A stretch of 64,000 nt of DNA from Clostridia bacterium (GCA_017396845.1 JAFQKQ010000107.1:3453-67452), one strand, 5' to 3'; counted from the stretch's first letter, positions 9,385 through 19,720 are shown. Numbers and translations are program-made. The notes: a model not told the origin generated them from the letters alone.

Positions 9385-10147
9385 GGTTCGTCCTCCTTAC
9401 CGGTATGCCGCTTTCGAAAAGAAGCTCTTTAAGATCATGTATGTCCACCTCGCGCGAATGGAAAATGCTGGCGGCAAGGCCTGCGTCCGCGCCGGGGGCG
9501 TTTTTGAAAAGGGTTACAAAGTCCTCCTTGCAGCCCGCGCCGCCGCTGGCTACGATGGGGATGGACACGGCGGACGATACGGCATTCAGCATTTCAATAT
9601 CAAATCCGCCGCGAACGCCGTCGGTATCAATGCTGTTTAAAACTATTTCGCCCGCGCCCAAATCCTGTCCGCGCTTTGCCCATTCGATCGCGTCGATATC
9701 CGTTTCATCGCGTCCGCCGCGCCCGAACACGCGGAAGCGCCCGTTCACGCGTTTAACATCCATCGACAAAACCACGCACTGATCGCCGAAATGCCGGGCG
9801 GCATCTTTAATCAGCATGGGATTTTTGATCGCGGCGCTGTTTACGCTCACCTTGTCCGCCCCATTTTTGAGCGCCATTTCAAAATCCTTCACTTCCCTGA
9901 TTCCGCCGCCGACGGTCAGAGGGATAAATACCTCGCGCGCAACGCGCCTTAAAACGTCCTGAAACAATCCGCGATCCTCGTACGAGGCGGTGATATCATA
10001 AAATACCAATTCGTCCGCGCCGGAGACGTTATAAAACGCCGCAAGCGTGACCGGATCGTCCACATCCCGAAGCCCTTCAAACTGAACGCCCTTCACCACA
10101 CGTCCGTTTCTAACGTCCAGGCACGGTATGATTCTTCTTGCCAGCAT
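9371..10147 (-). CDS. hisF: imidazole glycerol phosphate synthase, cyclase subunit
   Basis: The N-terminus [20 protein letters not shown] is canonical for HisF. Confidence 0.95.
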   Translation of the reverse strand: MLARRIIPCLDVRNGRVVKGVQFEGLRDVDDPVTLAAFYNVSGADELVFYDITASYEDRGLFQDVLRRVAREVFIPLTVGGGIREVKDFEMALKNGADKVSVNSAAIKNPMLIKDAARHFGDQCVVLSMDVKRVNGRFRVFGRGGRDETDIDAIEWAKRGQDLGAGEIVLNSIDTDGVRGGFDIEMLNAVSSAVSIPIVASGGAGCKEDFVTLFKNAPGADAGLAASIFHSREVDIHDLKELLFESGIPVRRTNHVSD

Positions 10148-10149
10148 GT

Positions 10150-10872
10150 TCAGTTCTCCTTAAGCATAGAAAATACGTCCCGAAGCTTTATATCTCCCGT
10201 ATACAGCGCACGGCCGAGTATGGCTGCGCCGGTTCCGATTTTATCAAGCGTCAGAATCTCGTCAAGCGTGCATATGCCGCCCGAAGCCGTAATCGAGAGA
10301 TTTTCAATCTTCGATAGGCGGCGGTATGCCTCGATGTTCGTTCCCTGCATCGCACCGTCCCTGGAAATATCGGTAAACACGGCGCTTTTAACGCCCGCGT
10401 CGCGCATGATGGTTAAGAATTCGAAGGCGTCTACCGTTGACACATCAAGCCAGCCTCGGGTTGCCACCATGCCGTCCTTTGCGTCGACGCCGACTACGAT
10501 TCTTTCTCCGTATTTTTTCGCCATCTCGCGCACAAACCCGGGATCCTCAAGCGCCTTTGTTCCTAAAATTACGCGCATCGCACCCGCTTCGAGGTATTTG
10601 TTGATAGCCTCCTCCGTACGGATTCCGCCACCGATTTCCACCTGAAGCCGGGTTTGATCAATGATTTCCCTGATGTATTCAAAATTGTCCGTTTCGCCTG
10701 AGCGCGCGCCGTCAAGATCCACCGCGTGCAGATATTCCGCTCCCTCTTTTTCAAAGCGAATCGCCGCGTCGAGCGGACGGTTATCGTACACCGTTTCCTG
10801 ATTGTAATCTCCCTGATACAGCCGAACCGCATGCCCTGCGCGAACATCCACCGCCGGAAAAATGCGAATCAT
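10150..10872 (-). CDS. hisA: ProFAR isomerase
   Basis: The protein starts MIRIFPAVDV...VRLYQGDY and sits between hisH and hisF. Confidence 0.93.
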   Translation of the reverse strand: MIRIFPAVDVRAGHAVRLYQGDYNQETVYDNRPLDAAIRFEKEGAEYLHAVDLDGARSGETDNFEYIREIIDQTRLQVEIGGGIRTEEAINKYLEAGAMRVILGTKALEDPGFVREMAKKYGERIVVGVDAKDGMVATRGWLDVSTVDAFEFLTIMRDAGVKSAVFTDISRDGAMQGTNIEAYRRLSKIENLSITASGGICTLDEILTLDKIGTGAAILGRALYTGDIKLRDVFSMLKEN

Positions 10873-11489
10873 GCACCCTTCACCTCCGAAAACGCTTTGA
10901 GGATTTTAAGCCCCACTTCCCCGCTCTTCTCCGGATGAAACTGACAGCCGAATACGTTGGCCTTGGAAACGATGCCGGGAATGATGAGTCCCCCGTATTC
11001 GGAATATGCCGAAAGGCTGCTTCCTGCGTTCTTTGCGTAATACGAATGGACGTAATACACATAATCGCCCTCGGATATGTATTTCGTAAGGGGCGAAGGT
11101 TTTTCAAACACAAGGCTGTTCCAACCCATATGCGGAACCTTGACTTTCTCCGTAAGATCGTCCTTCATGGGGCAAATATCGCCCGCAAGAAGCCCAAGTC
11201 CCGCGTGCTTGCCGTACTCATAGCTTTTTTCAAAAAGCAGCTGCATGCCTAAGCATACGCCGAGCATCGGAACGCCTCTTTTCGCGCGGGAAATCACCGC
11301 GTCCATAAGGCCGGTTTCCTTAAGCTTATCCGCCGCATCTCCGAATGCGCCGACGCCCGGAAGCACGATTTTTTCAGCCGACAGTATATCGTTTATGTCT
11401 CCCGTCACCTTCACATCTTCCCCGATCGCGCTTAACGCGCCGACGATCGAATGAAGGTTTCCTACGCCGTAATCAATGACCGAAATCAT
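10869..11489 (-). CDS. hisH: imidazole glycerol phosphate synthase, glutaminase subunit
   Basis: The protein starts IDYGVGNLHS. GVCLGMQLL holds the catalytic Cys, and the HPE triad is present. Confidence 0.95.
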   Translation of the reverse strand: MISVIDYGVGNLHSIVGALSAIGEDVKVTGDINDILSAEKIVLPGVGAFGDAADKLKETGLMDAVISRAKRGVPMLGVCLGMQLLFEKSYEYGKHAGLGLLAGDICPMKDDLTEKVKVPHMGWNSLVFEKPSPLTKYISEGDYVYYVHSYYAKNAGSSLSAYSEYGGLIIPGIVSKANVFGCQFHPEKSGEVGLKILKAFSEVKGA

Positions 11490-12076
11490 GACAGCATCCC
11501 CTTTGTGCTGGCAATATCGTTTTCAAAAGCCTTGTCGATTGAAAGCGCCATTCTGAGCGCGCGCGCCGAGGCTTTGAACGCCGCCTCCAGTATGTGATGC
11601 GTATTGCGCCCGGAAAGCTTTTTAAGGTGCAGCGTCATATTTGCGTTCATGGCAAGGGCTCTGAAAAACTCCTCGCCAAGCTCCGTATCGAAATCGCCTA
11701 CCTTTTCCGCAAGACCGTCCACTTCATAGGAAAGATACGCTCTTGCGCCGAAGTCCACTGCCGCAAGCATAAGCGCTTCATCCATAGGAAGGATGATGTG
11801 GCCGTAGCGCACAATTCCGCGCCCGTCGCCGGCCGCTGTCCTCAGCGCCTTTCCAAGCGCAATTGCGATGTCCTCCGCCGTATGGTGCGCATCTACCTGA
11901 ATATCGCCCTTGCAGCGAACGGTGAGATCAAACCTGGCATGCGCCGCAAAGAGCGTAAGCATATGATCTAAAAAACCGACGCCCGTATCGATTTCGCTTT
12001 TGCCTTTTCCGTCGATCTCAATCGCTATACAGATATCCGTTTCCGTAGTCGTTCTTGAAATTTCCGCGCTTCTCAT
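11486..12076 (-). CDS. hisB: imidazoleglycerol-phosphate dehydratase
   Basis: The RTTTETDI and DxHH metal motifs are present, and the size of 196 aa fits. Confidence 0.95.
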   Translation of the reverse strand: MRSAEISRTTTETDICIAIEIDGKGKSEIDTGVGFLDHMLTLFAAHARFDLTVRCKGDIQVDAHHTAEDIAIALGKALRTAAGDGRGIVRYGHIILPMDEALMLAAVDFGARAYLSYEVDGLAEKVGDFDTELGEEFFRALAMNANMTLHLKKLSGRNTHHILEAAFKASARALRMALSIDKAFENDIASTKGMLS

Positions 12077-13137
12077 TTCTTTGCCTCCTTAAGGATGTCA
12101 GAAACCGCGTAAAGAAGCGCGTCCATCTGTTCGTCGCTTCCGATGGTAATCCTCAGATATTCCTTAACACGCGCTCCGGAAAAATAGCGGGTGATGATCC
12201 CGCGCGCGCGAAGAGAATCAAACAATTCCTTCGCGCTGATGATCGGCGGCTTTACGAATATGAAATTCGCTTTGGAATCCGTGGCGATAAAGCCCATGCC
12301 GACAAGCGTTTGTATCGTTCTAACGCGCGTATCGATGATCTTTTTCCGGCATTCTATGTAATATTCCTCTTCTTCGACCGCTTTGGTTCCTGCAATCAGA
12401 GAAAGCCTGTTGATATTATAGGGATGAAAGCTGAAGCGCAGGCGGTTCATATCCCTGATCAGCTCCGCATTGCCGACTGCGTAGCCGAGCCTTGCGCCCG
12501 CAAGGTTCCATGCCTTTGAAAACGTGCCGATTACCAGCAGCTGCTCATATTTTGAAATGAGCTTTGCGGCGCTTTCTCCGCCGAATTCCACATACGCCTC
12601 GTCCACAATCACCACATGATCGGGATTTTCCCGAAGAATTCTCTCAATCTCGGAAAGCGGAAGGCTGATTCCGGTGGGCGCGTTGGGGTTTGCAATCACA
12701 ACGGCGCCGGGCGCGCGGAAAAAATCCTCCGTGCAAATGGTAAAATCGCCTTTTAAGGGGCGCGTATGATAAGAGATACCGAAGAAGTTCGCGATCACCG
12801 GGTAAAAGCCGTAGGTGATATCGGGCGCGTAAAAGCCGTCCGCGCCGAAGGCATACATGGCGACGGCGAGCACCTCGTCGCTGCCGTTTCCTGCGTACAC
12901 CTGATCCTTGTTCACCTGAAACCTTTCGGAAAGCGCGTCCGTAAAGGAGGAAAGCGTAGGATCCGAATACAGGTTGAGGCGGCTGCTTTCGTTTTCGCTA
13001 AGCGCCTTTATCACGCCGGGAGACGGCGGAAAGGGCGATTCATTGGTGTTTAATTTGATCAAATTTCCGCCCTTGGGCTGCTCGCCGGGCGTATAGGGCG
13101 TAATCTTCTCAAGCGCGGGCGACAAAAAACGGCTCAT
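12073..13137 (-). CDS. hisC: histidinol-phosphate aminotransferase
   Basis: LNTNESPFPP is typical, and TFSKAWNLAGARLGY holds the PLP lysine. Confidence 0.93.
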   Translation of the reverse strand: MSRFLSPALEKITPYTPGEQPKGGNLIKLNTNESPFPPSPGVIKALSENESSRLNLYSDPTLSSFTDALSERFQVNKDQVYAGNGSDEVLAVAMYAFGADGFYAPDITYGFYPVIANFFGISYHTRPLKGDFTICTEDFFRAPGAVVIANPNAPTGISLPLSEIERILRENPDHVVIVDEAYVEFGGESAAKLISKYEQLLVIGTFSKAWNLAGARLGYAVGNAELIRDMNRLRFSFHPYNINRLSLIAGTKAVEEEEYYIECRKKIIDTRVRTIQTLVGMGFIATDSKANFIFVKPPIISAKELFDSLRARGIITRYFSGARVKEYLRITIGSDEQMDALLYAVSDILKEAKK

Positions 13138-14411
13138 GCTTTTTCGCCCTCCGCGCGCTTTAGGGCGCTCCTCGCATGCGCTTCAAGGCCTTCCCGGCGG
13201 GCAAAGTCCGCAACGCGGGAGGAGAGCTTGTCAAGCGCTTCCTTCGTATAATACAGATAGCTGGTCTTTTTCATAAAATCGTCCACGGACAGGGGCGAGA
13301 AAAAGCGGGCGCTGCCGCCGGTGGGCAGTATATGGTTGGGACCGGCCATATAGTCCGCCAGAGGTTCCGGCGTGAAGTGTCCAAGGAACACGCTTCCGGC
13401 TGCGCGGATTTTATTCAGATAATCAAACGGATTGTCAACCGCGATTTCCAGATGCTCCGGCGCATAGGCGTTCGCCGCCTCAACAGCCTCTTCCATGTCC
13501 TTTACGATGTAGATTTTGCCATTGTTATCGATGGACGCGCGTGCGATATCGCGCCTGGGAAGGCTTTCAAGCTGCTTTTCAACCTCCGCCTGCACGGCAA
13601 AGGCCAGCTTTTCGCTGTCGGTTACTAAAATCGCGCTTGCAAGCGCGTCGTGCTCCGCTTGAGAGAGAAGATCCGCCGCAACATATTCCGGTCTCGCCGT
13701 TTCATCCGCCAGAATCAGAATTTCGCTGGGTCCGGCGGTCATATCAACGCCGACAACGCCGTACAGCAGTTTTTTGGCCATCGTTACATAGATGTTTCCG
13801 GGGCCCGTAACCTTGTCCACCGCAGGCACGGATTCCGTTCCAAACGCCAGCGCAGCCACCGCCTGCGCGCCGCCGCACTTATAGATTTCGTTTACGCCGC
13901 ACATATTCGCCGCCGCCAAAAGCGCGGAAGGCACGCTTCCGTCTTTCCCCGCAGGCGTAACCAGCACAATCCGCTTGACCCCCGCAATCTTTGCGGGAAT
14001 CAGATTCATCAGAACCGACGACGGATACGCCGCCGTTCCGCCCGGGACATAGGTCCCCACACTTTCAAGCGGCAGAATCATCTGTCCTAAGGATACGCCG
14101 TTTCCGCCTTCCATCGAAAAACCGGCGCGGAGTTGATTTTTATGGTATCTTTCAATGTTTTCCTTTGCGATTTTGAGCGTATCCAGAAAGTCCGCATCCA
14201 TTTCGGAAACGGCCTTTTCAATCTCTTCATCCGTTACGCGAAGAGAGGAAAGCGTCGGACAGTCGAACCTTCTCCCGTATTTCAAAAGCGCTTCGTCGCC
14301 GTTTTTGCGAACATCCTCCACAATTTCGCGGACGACCTTATCAAATTTTTCGGTATCCGCCATATCGCGCCGGTTGGGCGCTTCCGGTTTTCCATAATAT
14401 AATCCGATCAT
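13134..14411 (-). CDS. hisD: histidinol dehydrogenase
   Basis: The motifs are GGAQAVAALAFGTES, LSQAEHD and APEHLE. Confidence 0.95.
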   Translation of the reverse strand: MIGLYYGKPEAPNRRDMADTEKFDKVVREIVEDVRKNGDEALLKYGRRFDCPTLSSLRVTDEEIEKAVSEMDADFLDTLKIAKENIERYHKNQLRAGFSMEGGNGVSLGQMILPLESVGTYVPGGTAAYPSSVLMNLIPAKIAGVKRIVLVTPAGKDGSVPSALLAAANMCGVNEIYKCGGAQAVAALAFGTESVPAVDKVTGPGNIYVTMAKKLLYGVVGVDMTAGPSEILILADETARPEYVAADLLSQAEHDALASAILVTDSEKLAFAVQAEVEKQLESLPRRDIARASIDNNGKIYIVKDMEEAVEAANAYAPEHLEIAVDNPFDYLNKIRAAGSVFLGHFTPEPLADYMAGPNHILPTGGSARFFSPLSVDDFMKKTSYLYYTKEALDKLSSRVADFARREGLEAHARSALKRAEGEKA

Positions 14412-15028
14412 TTTATTACCTCCCCCAGCGCCTTCACAAGCGCGCTCACTTCCGCCTGTTTGAATTTGCTGGCGGCTTTATTGGCAATCAGCCTTGCGCT
14501 GATATTCACTACGTCGTTTATCACGCTCAGTCCGTTTTCCTTAAGCGTTTTTCCCGTTTCCACAATATCCACAATAACATCCGTAAGCCCCAGGATCGGC
14601 GCAAGCTCGATGGAGCCGTTTAAGGTGACGATTTCAATGTCGCGGTTGAGGCCGGAAAAATAGGCCTTTGACACGTTGGGATATTTGGTCGCCACGCGCA
14701 GCAATCGATCCTGATCGTCCCGAAAATCGTTTTTCGCGGCGACGGCAAGACGGCACTTGCCAAGTCCCAGATCGATCAGTTCGTATACGTCCGCACCGCT
14801 TTCAATAAGCACGTCCTTGCCCGCTACGCCTACATCCGCAACGCCGTATTCCACATACACAGGAACATCCGTCGGCTTTACCAGAAAAAAGCTGGCGTTT
14901 CCGTTTTCGGAGGGAATAACAAGCCTTCTGTCGCCATCTTCCAGCTCCGGGAACACATATCCCGCCTCTTTAAAGCGCTTCAGCACGCTTTCACCCAATC
15001 TTCCCTTCGGAAGTGCGATATTCAGCAT
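14408..15028 (-). CDS. hisG: ATP phosphoribosyltransferase, short form
   Basis: The protein starts MLNIALPKGRL. The 206-aa short form pairs with HisZ. Confidence 0.93.
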   Translation of the reverse strand: MLNIALPKGRLGESVLKRFKEAGYVFPELEDGDRRLVIPSENGNASFFLVKPTDVPVYVEYGVADVGVAGKDVLIESGADVYELIDLGLGKCRLAVAAKNDFRDDQDRLLRVATKYPNVSKAYFSGLNRDIEIVTLNGSIELAPILGLTDVIVDIVETGKTLKENGLSVINDVVNISARLIANKAASKFKQAEVSALVKALGEVIK

Positions 15029-16092
15029 TCCTTGTTCACCTCCAAAATGCTTTCATATGCCCGTCCGCACGGCGCTTTCTTTTCCACGCGCACGCGCTTT
15101 CCGAGGCTTCTGTATTTTTCCGCCGCCAGAAATACGAGCGCGGGATCATCGTCCGGGGAATAGGTCAGAAGAATGTCGGCGTCTGCTTTCGCTTCTTTCT
15201 CATCGGGCTGAATGTCGTTTAAATAGATGGCAAAGCCCAAAGCGCCTACGCCGCGCTTGAATTTCTCCGTAAGGCCGTCATATCTTCCGCCGGAGAGCAC
15301 CGAGCGGTATGCATTGCGCACATAGCCCTGAAATACAATTCCGGTATAATAGTTTACATCATTTACAATGGAAAAATCAAGCCTGATATGGGATGCAAGC
15401 CCGATAGACGAAAGACCTTTCACAAGCGTTTTCAATTCCGACACCGCCTGCTTCTGTAAATCCGTCTTTGAAAGCGCTTCAAGCAGTTCAAGCGACACAT
15501 CCGCATCTCCGGGAAGCTCGATCAGCGCCTTGAGCGCGTCGGCGTTTTCCTTATCCATATTGATCCCGGAGCATATATCGGTAAGCGCCGCTGCGTTTTT
15601 TGCGCGGAGCGCCGAAAGAATGCGGCTCCGCTCCTCCATGGATACGCCTTCGATCAACGGCTTTACAATTCCCATATGGGAAATATCCATAAGCGCCCTG
15701 TCGTCGATTTTCACAAGGCTCCTGAGCGCAAGCGCTACTATCTCCAGCGTCTGAACATCGTCGATATCGCCCAGCGCTTCCAGACCCATCTGGCGAATTT
15801 CGCGGTATTCGTTCGTGCGGGAATCAAGGCGGTACACACTTTCCATGTAATACAGCTTTTCGCCCGCATCCTTCGTCGCGCGCGTACCCTTGACAATGGA
15901 AAGCGTAACATCCGGCTTCAGCGCAAGAAGCCTTCCCGACATATCCGAAAACGTAATAACATAGTCGTTCAAAAGGAAATCGCGGTTTTCAAGGTATAAG
16001 GAATATTCCTCGAACTTCCGCATCTTGTACGCGCGGAAACCCGCATTTTCATACAGCTTCCTGATATCGGAAAGCAGCGCCTCTTCATGCAT
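15022..16092 (-). CDS. hisZ: ATP phosphoribosyltransferase regulatory subunit (HisRS paralogue)
   Basis: A class II aaRS-like core without an anticodon domain. It is the first gene of the his operon. RBS GGGAGGG. Confidence 0.88.
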   Translation of the reverse strand: MHEEALLSDIRKLYENAGFRAYKMRKFEEYSLYLENRDFLLNDYVITFSDMSGRLLALKPDVTLSIVKGTRATKDAGEKLYYMESVYRLDSRTNEYREIRQMGLEALGDIDDVQTLEIVALALRSLVKIDDRALMDISHMGIVKPLIEGVSMEERSRILSALRAKNAAALTDICSGINMDKENADALKALIELPGDADVSLELLEALSKTDLQKQAVSELKTLVKGLSSIGLASHIRLDFSIVNDVNYYTGIVFQGYVRNAYRSVLSGGRYDGLTEKFKRGVGALGFAIYLNDIQPDEKEAKADADILLTYSPDDDPALVFLAAEKYRSLGKRVRVEKKAPCGRAYESILEVNKEC

Positions 16093-16139
16093 AATAAATC
16101 CCTCCCGGGCAAAATTGCTTTATCACTTTAGTGCGATGA

Positions 16140-16168
16140 ATTATACAAGGTATCCACCGCAATGTCAA
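16140..16168 (-). promoter_or_regulatory. consensus sigma-A promoter of the his operon
   Basis: The minus strand reads TTGACA, a 17-nt spacer, then TATAAT. This leaves only about 40-45 nt of leader before the hisZ ATG. Confidence 0.7.
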
Positions 16169-16183
16169 GAGCTTTTGTGTAAG

Positions 16184-16232
16184 AAAAAGAGCGGAATGGC
16201 AAGCTTCGGAAAACCGCCGCCGCCAACCGCTC
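16184..16232 (-). terminator. possible terminator insulating the upstream GH130 operon from the his promoter
   Basis: The minus strand reads GAGCGGTTGGC...GCCATTCCGCTC followed by TTTTTCTT. The stem is imperfect. Confidence 0.4.
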
Positions 16233-16491
16233 TCAGTATAAAATACGAAAGTAAATTCCGCCAGCATCTGTTATGTGACCGCGCAGTACTTGCAGTCTCC
16301 GCGCGTTAAAAGGGTGTGCCGCGATATCGAAAAATGCTTAAAAGAAGCATCCGCGGACTTTAAAGGCGCTCACCGCTTTTTAATTGAGAACTGTCTAAGC
16401 AAAATTCAACCGTCTCATTGCATCCTTATAAAAGGAGCCGTTCTTGTTTGATTTTTGCTTAATTACGCGTTTGATCCTTTATTTTTCAACT

Positions 16492-17517
16492 TCACCGCGC
16501 CTTCGCCGCATCCAGACAGCAGCGTATCAAATCCTCGGCTTTTGCCGTTACAAGGGCGATCACCGTATCGGATGCGCCGTAATAGATTTTCACCGTGCCG
16601 TCATCCTCCAGAATCGCGCCGGTCGGGAAGATCACGTTTGTTCTGAAGCCTTCTTCCGTTTCGTAAACCGCCTCGGGCGCGATGAGCGGCTCGCGGTACA
16701 CGCCGAGCACCTTGCCGGGATCATCAAGATCCAAAAGCAGCATGCCGGCCGAATAGCGCTTTTTCCATGCGTTTTCCCAGCCGTTTTTACCGCGCGACGA
16801 ATCGATATCCACGCCGTGCGTAAACACAAGCCAGCCCTGATCTGTTTTAATCGGCGGCGCACCGGGGCCTATTTTATTGTTTGCATACGGGAAATCCTCA
16901 ACGCCCGCGATCAGGCGCTCATTTCCCCAGTAAACCATGTCCGGCGAATCGCTCATCCACATATCAAACCGGTCGCCGTCACGGCTGTATACGGGCATCG
17001 GGCGTTCAAGGCGCACGTATTTTCCGCCGATTTTTTCCGGAAACAGCACCATATTGCGGTTATCCGGAACGGTAAGGCACAAAACCTCCCAATTTTTGAA
17101 ATCCGCCGTCTTTGCAATTCCGCCGCGAAGCCCGTGCCGGGTATCGACGGCAAAGGTCATATAGATTTCACCGTCGATTTCCGTAAGTCTTGGATCATAG
17201 CACCTTCCGAGCTCGCCGTCCGGAAGGTTGAAAAGTGCGCGGATTTTGGGATCGTTTCCGTCAAAGCAGGGTTCGGGATCCGCCGTCCAGCGAATTCCGT
17301 CCTTGCTTCTTGCAAGGCCAATGTTCGTGCCTTCGAAGCGGGAGCCTGCGATATGATTGAAGTCGTTTCTGAACACCATCAGATATTCGTCTTTTCTCTT
17401 GATTACGCCCGCATTGAACACGAGCGTGCTCGGGTAGGGAACCTGGCTGCTTATAAACACCGGATTGGCAGGATGTCTTTGTATGTACGGGCAGGATCTG
17501 AGAATCGGCGTAAGCAT
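16492..17517 (-). CDS. GH130 family glycoside phosphorylase/hydrolase (beta-mannoside-type)
   Basis: A five-bladed-propeller-type sequence with NAGVI..., DPRL..., GPGAPPI... and YYGASD. RBS AAGGGGG. Confidence 0.8.
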   Translation of the reverse strand: MLTPILRSCPYIQRHPANPVFISSQVPYPSTLVFNAGVIKRKDEYLMVFRNDFNHIAGSRFEGTNIGLARSKDGIRWTADPEPCFDGNDPKIRALFNLPDGELGRCYDPRLTEIDGEIYMTFAVDTRHGLRGGIAKTADFKNWEVLCLTVPDNRNMVLFPEKIGGKYVRLERPMPVYSRDGDRFDMWMSDSPDMVYWGNERLIAGVEDFPYANNKIGPGAPPIKTDQGWLVFTHGVDIDSSRGKNGWENAWKKRYSAGMLLLDLDDPGKVLGVYREPLIAPEAVYETEEGFRTNVIFPTGAILEDDGTVKIYYGASDTVIALVTAKAEDLIRCCLDAAKAR

Positions 17518-17573
17518 AAATGTACCCCCTTATGTAATATGCGCGCACTTCGTTCGTACGGCATTCTATTCCG

Positions 17574-18542
17574 CTATACCTTTATAACCTCTCCCCTGTC
17601 GGCGGATTCCCTCGCAAGGAGGCATATACGGCTGTCCTCATAGGCCTCTGAAAATTGTTTTTTTGCATCTTCGGTACCAATGGCATTGATAAACCGAATG
17701 AACGGATTGATTCCTTCGGGAAGCGGAAGTTCCCTTCTGCTCTCCTCGTTTTCAAGATATACCCGTCCGTCGATTGCCTCCAGCATGCCGCGCGTGCCGG
17801 TTACGCGCAGGCGGTCATCGTCATGCCTTGCGGAGCCCGTCGGACGGAGAAAATCCGTGTCTACCGTTCCGATTACGCCGTTTTCAAGCTGTAAAAGCAC
17901 TGCGGCCGACGTTTCCATTTCTCCGTTTCCGCGGTTGCACGCGGAAGTATGCGTGCCGCACACCCACTGACACTTTCCGCCCAGGCGAAGCACCCAGTCC
18001 ACCGCATGAATAGAAATCCACGGAATGGTTCCGCCGTACAGGCTGCGCTTCTGATAATGCGCGCCGCGAACGCCCATGCGGTAGCTCTTCTGCCCGTGAA
18101 TCATACGGACTTCACCGATATCGCCGTTTACAATCGAATTCTCAATCGCCCTGTACCAGGCGCAGCAATTGAGATTCAGCATGCAGCCAAGATCCGCATC
18201 ACTGTTTTCATATGCTTCCTTAAGCATATAAAGTTCTTCCGGCTCCGTCGCCAGCGGCTTTTCACTGTACACATGTATACCCCTTCTCAGGCATTCCATC
18301 GAAATCTTCGCATTGTCCGAATACCAGGGATTGACCACCGCCAATTCCGGCTTTTCCTTATCAAGCATTTCCGTCCACGAATCGTAGTATTCCGCTTCAA
18401 GCTTTACACTGAGCGCCTTTACGTCCTCGCCCGCGCTTCCGGGCGCAACAGCGGCCGGAGCATTGCATGCCCCGGCCTTAACAGCCTCTTCAACCTGATG
18501 ATGATGTCCGGATGAACCGATAATTACGTATTTCACGCGCAT
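17574..18542 (-). CDS. Gfo/Idh/MocA family oxidoreductase
   Basis: The N-terminal Rossmann region is KYVIIGSSGHH, and EKP is the typical motif (VYSEKPLA). The start is ambiguous. The track's longest-ORF start is TTG 18554, the ATG at 18542 is only 1 nt after AGGAGG, and a GTG two codons later (18536) has better spacing. Confidence 0.85.
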   Translation of the reverse strand: MRVKYVIIGSSGHHHQVEEAVKAGACNAPAAVAPGSAGEDVKALSVKLEAEYYDSWTEMLDKEKPELAVVNPWYSDNAKISMECLRRGIHVYSEKPLATEPEELYMLKEAYENSDADLGCMLNLNCCAWYRAIENSIVNGDIGEVRMIHGQKSYRMGVRGAHYQKRSLYGGTIPWISIHAVDWVLRLGGKCQWVCGTHTSACNRGNGEMETSAAVLLQLENGVIGTVDTDFLRPTGSARHDDDRLRVTGTRGMLEAIDGRVYLENEESRRELPLPEGINPFIRFINAIGTEDAKKQFSEAYEDSRICLLARESADRGEVIKV

Positions 18543-18559
18543 TCCTCCTGTCAAGCGGA

Positions 18560-19552
18560 TCAGAATGCTATATATTTTCGACTCATATAACCAATTTCCC
18601 TGCCTGTATCCACGCGGCAGAAATTTCCGTCCGTCGCAAGCAGCGTAACCTCGGTTCCGTTTGCAAGGACACGGATGCTGGAGTACGTTTTGTTGGGACC
18701 GGTTCTTAAATATACGTTTCCGGTCGTCCTCGCCGCATGCGCAAACCTTACAAGCGTTCTGTGAACATAGGCGCTTTGCCAGCCGCCGTTTCGATTCACC
18801 TCAAACCACTGACCGCTGGATCCGTATACGCCCGTTTTATCGCCCACATACAATTTATATAAAACCGAATGGTTCGTGCCCGCGCCCGTTCTCACATTTG
18901 CAAAGCCGTCGCTCGAGCGGATTTCGCCCGTCTTTCCGTAGGCCATTGAGGACGTAGACGACGATACCTTTACAAGGCTTTTGTGAATATATCCGATCTG
19001 TCCCGCACTTGTAACCGCCCGGTACCACTCGCCGTTTCTTTCGAGCACCCAAATCACGTTTCCGTTGTACACGCGGTTGATTACGCCGAAATTCGTACCC
19101 GCACCCCAGCGAAGATTGGCATAGCCGTCGGAGGAGGATATCGTTCCGCTTTGATTGAGCACGGAATCCTTGTCCGTAACGGACGCGTCCGGCACATACG
19201 AGGCGCTCCCGCTGCCCCAGGCGGGAACATTTGTATTTCCAACATCGTTCCAGCCGCTTGAAGAGCCGGAGGTATATCCCGATGAAAAGTCAATATATAC
19301 ACCGTACATATACCCTTCCACACCCGTACGCACTACGCGCACCTTGTGCCATGTATTGCCTCTTTTCAGAATTTCCAGCTTGTCTCCGTTTTTGGCATAG
19401 CCGACAATCGGCTGTCCCGCGCCCGCAACCCGGCGCACATATACCGACCCGTCGGAAGTAGGCGTTTTTACATACGCATACTCGGCAGCGTATGCCGAAA
19501 AAGACATCGCCATCAATACAACAACCAAAATAATCCCAAGCGTTCTTTTCAT
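18560..19552 (-). CDS. secreted protein with four bacterial SH3 (SH3b) repeats
   Basis: The signal peptide is MKRTLGIILVVVLMAMSFSAYA. There are four repeats of about 65 aa of the form ...G(Y/F)ANxRxGAGTN...W..V...G.(G)Y(I/V)H. The start is the ATG at 19552, 6 nt after GGAGGG. Confidence 0.8.
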   Translation of the reverse strand: MKRTLGIILVVVLMAMSFSAYAAEYAYVKTPTSDGSVYVRRVAGAGQPIVGYAKNGDKLEILKRGNTWHKVRVVRTGVEGYMYGVYIDFSSGYTSGSSSGWNDVGNTNVPAWGSGSASYVPDASVTDKDSVLNQSGTISSSDGYANLRWGAGTNFGVINRVYNGNVIWVLERNGEWYRAVTSAGQIGYIHKSLVKVSSSTSSMAYGKTGEIRSSDGFANVRTGAGTNHSVLYKLYVGDKTGVYGSSGQWFEVNRNGGWQSAYVHRTLVRFAHAARTTGNVYLRTGPNKTYSSIRVLANGTEVTLLATDGNFCRVDTGREIGYMSRKYIAF

Positions 19553-19661
19553 CAAAATCCCTCCTTTGCTGCCGCTTGTGTTATCTCTTTGACGAAAGAT
19601 GGGAGAAAATGGTTCAAAAAAAGCCGATTTTTCCGCACCGCTTCATTCTACAAATCGTAGG

Positions 19662-19690
19662 TTGATATTCTCCATAGCTTCATTTACAAT
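19662..19690 (+). promoter_or_regulatory. candidate promoter of the HTH-desulfoferrodoxin gene
   Basis: TTGATA, a 17-nt spacer, then TACAAT. Confidence 0.55.
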
Positions 19691-19720
19691 AGGATGCAGA
19701 GAAATGAGGGCGACGGGGAT

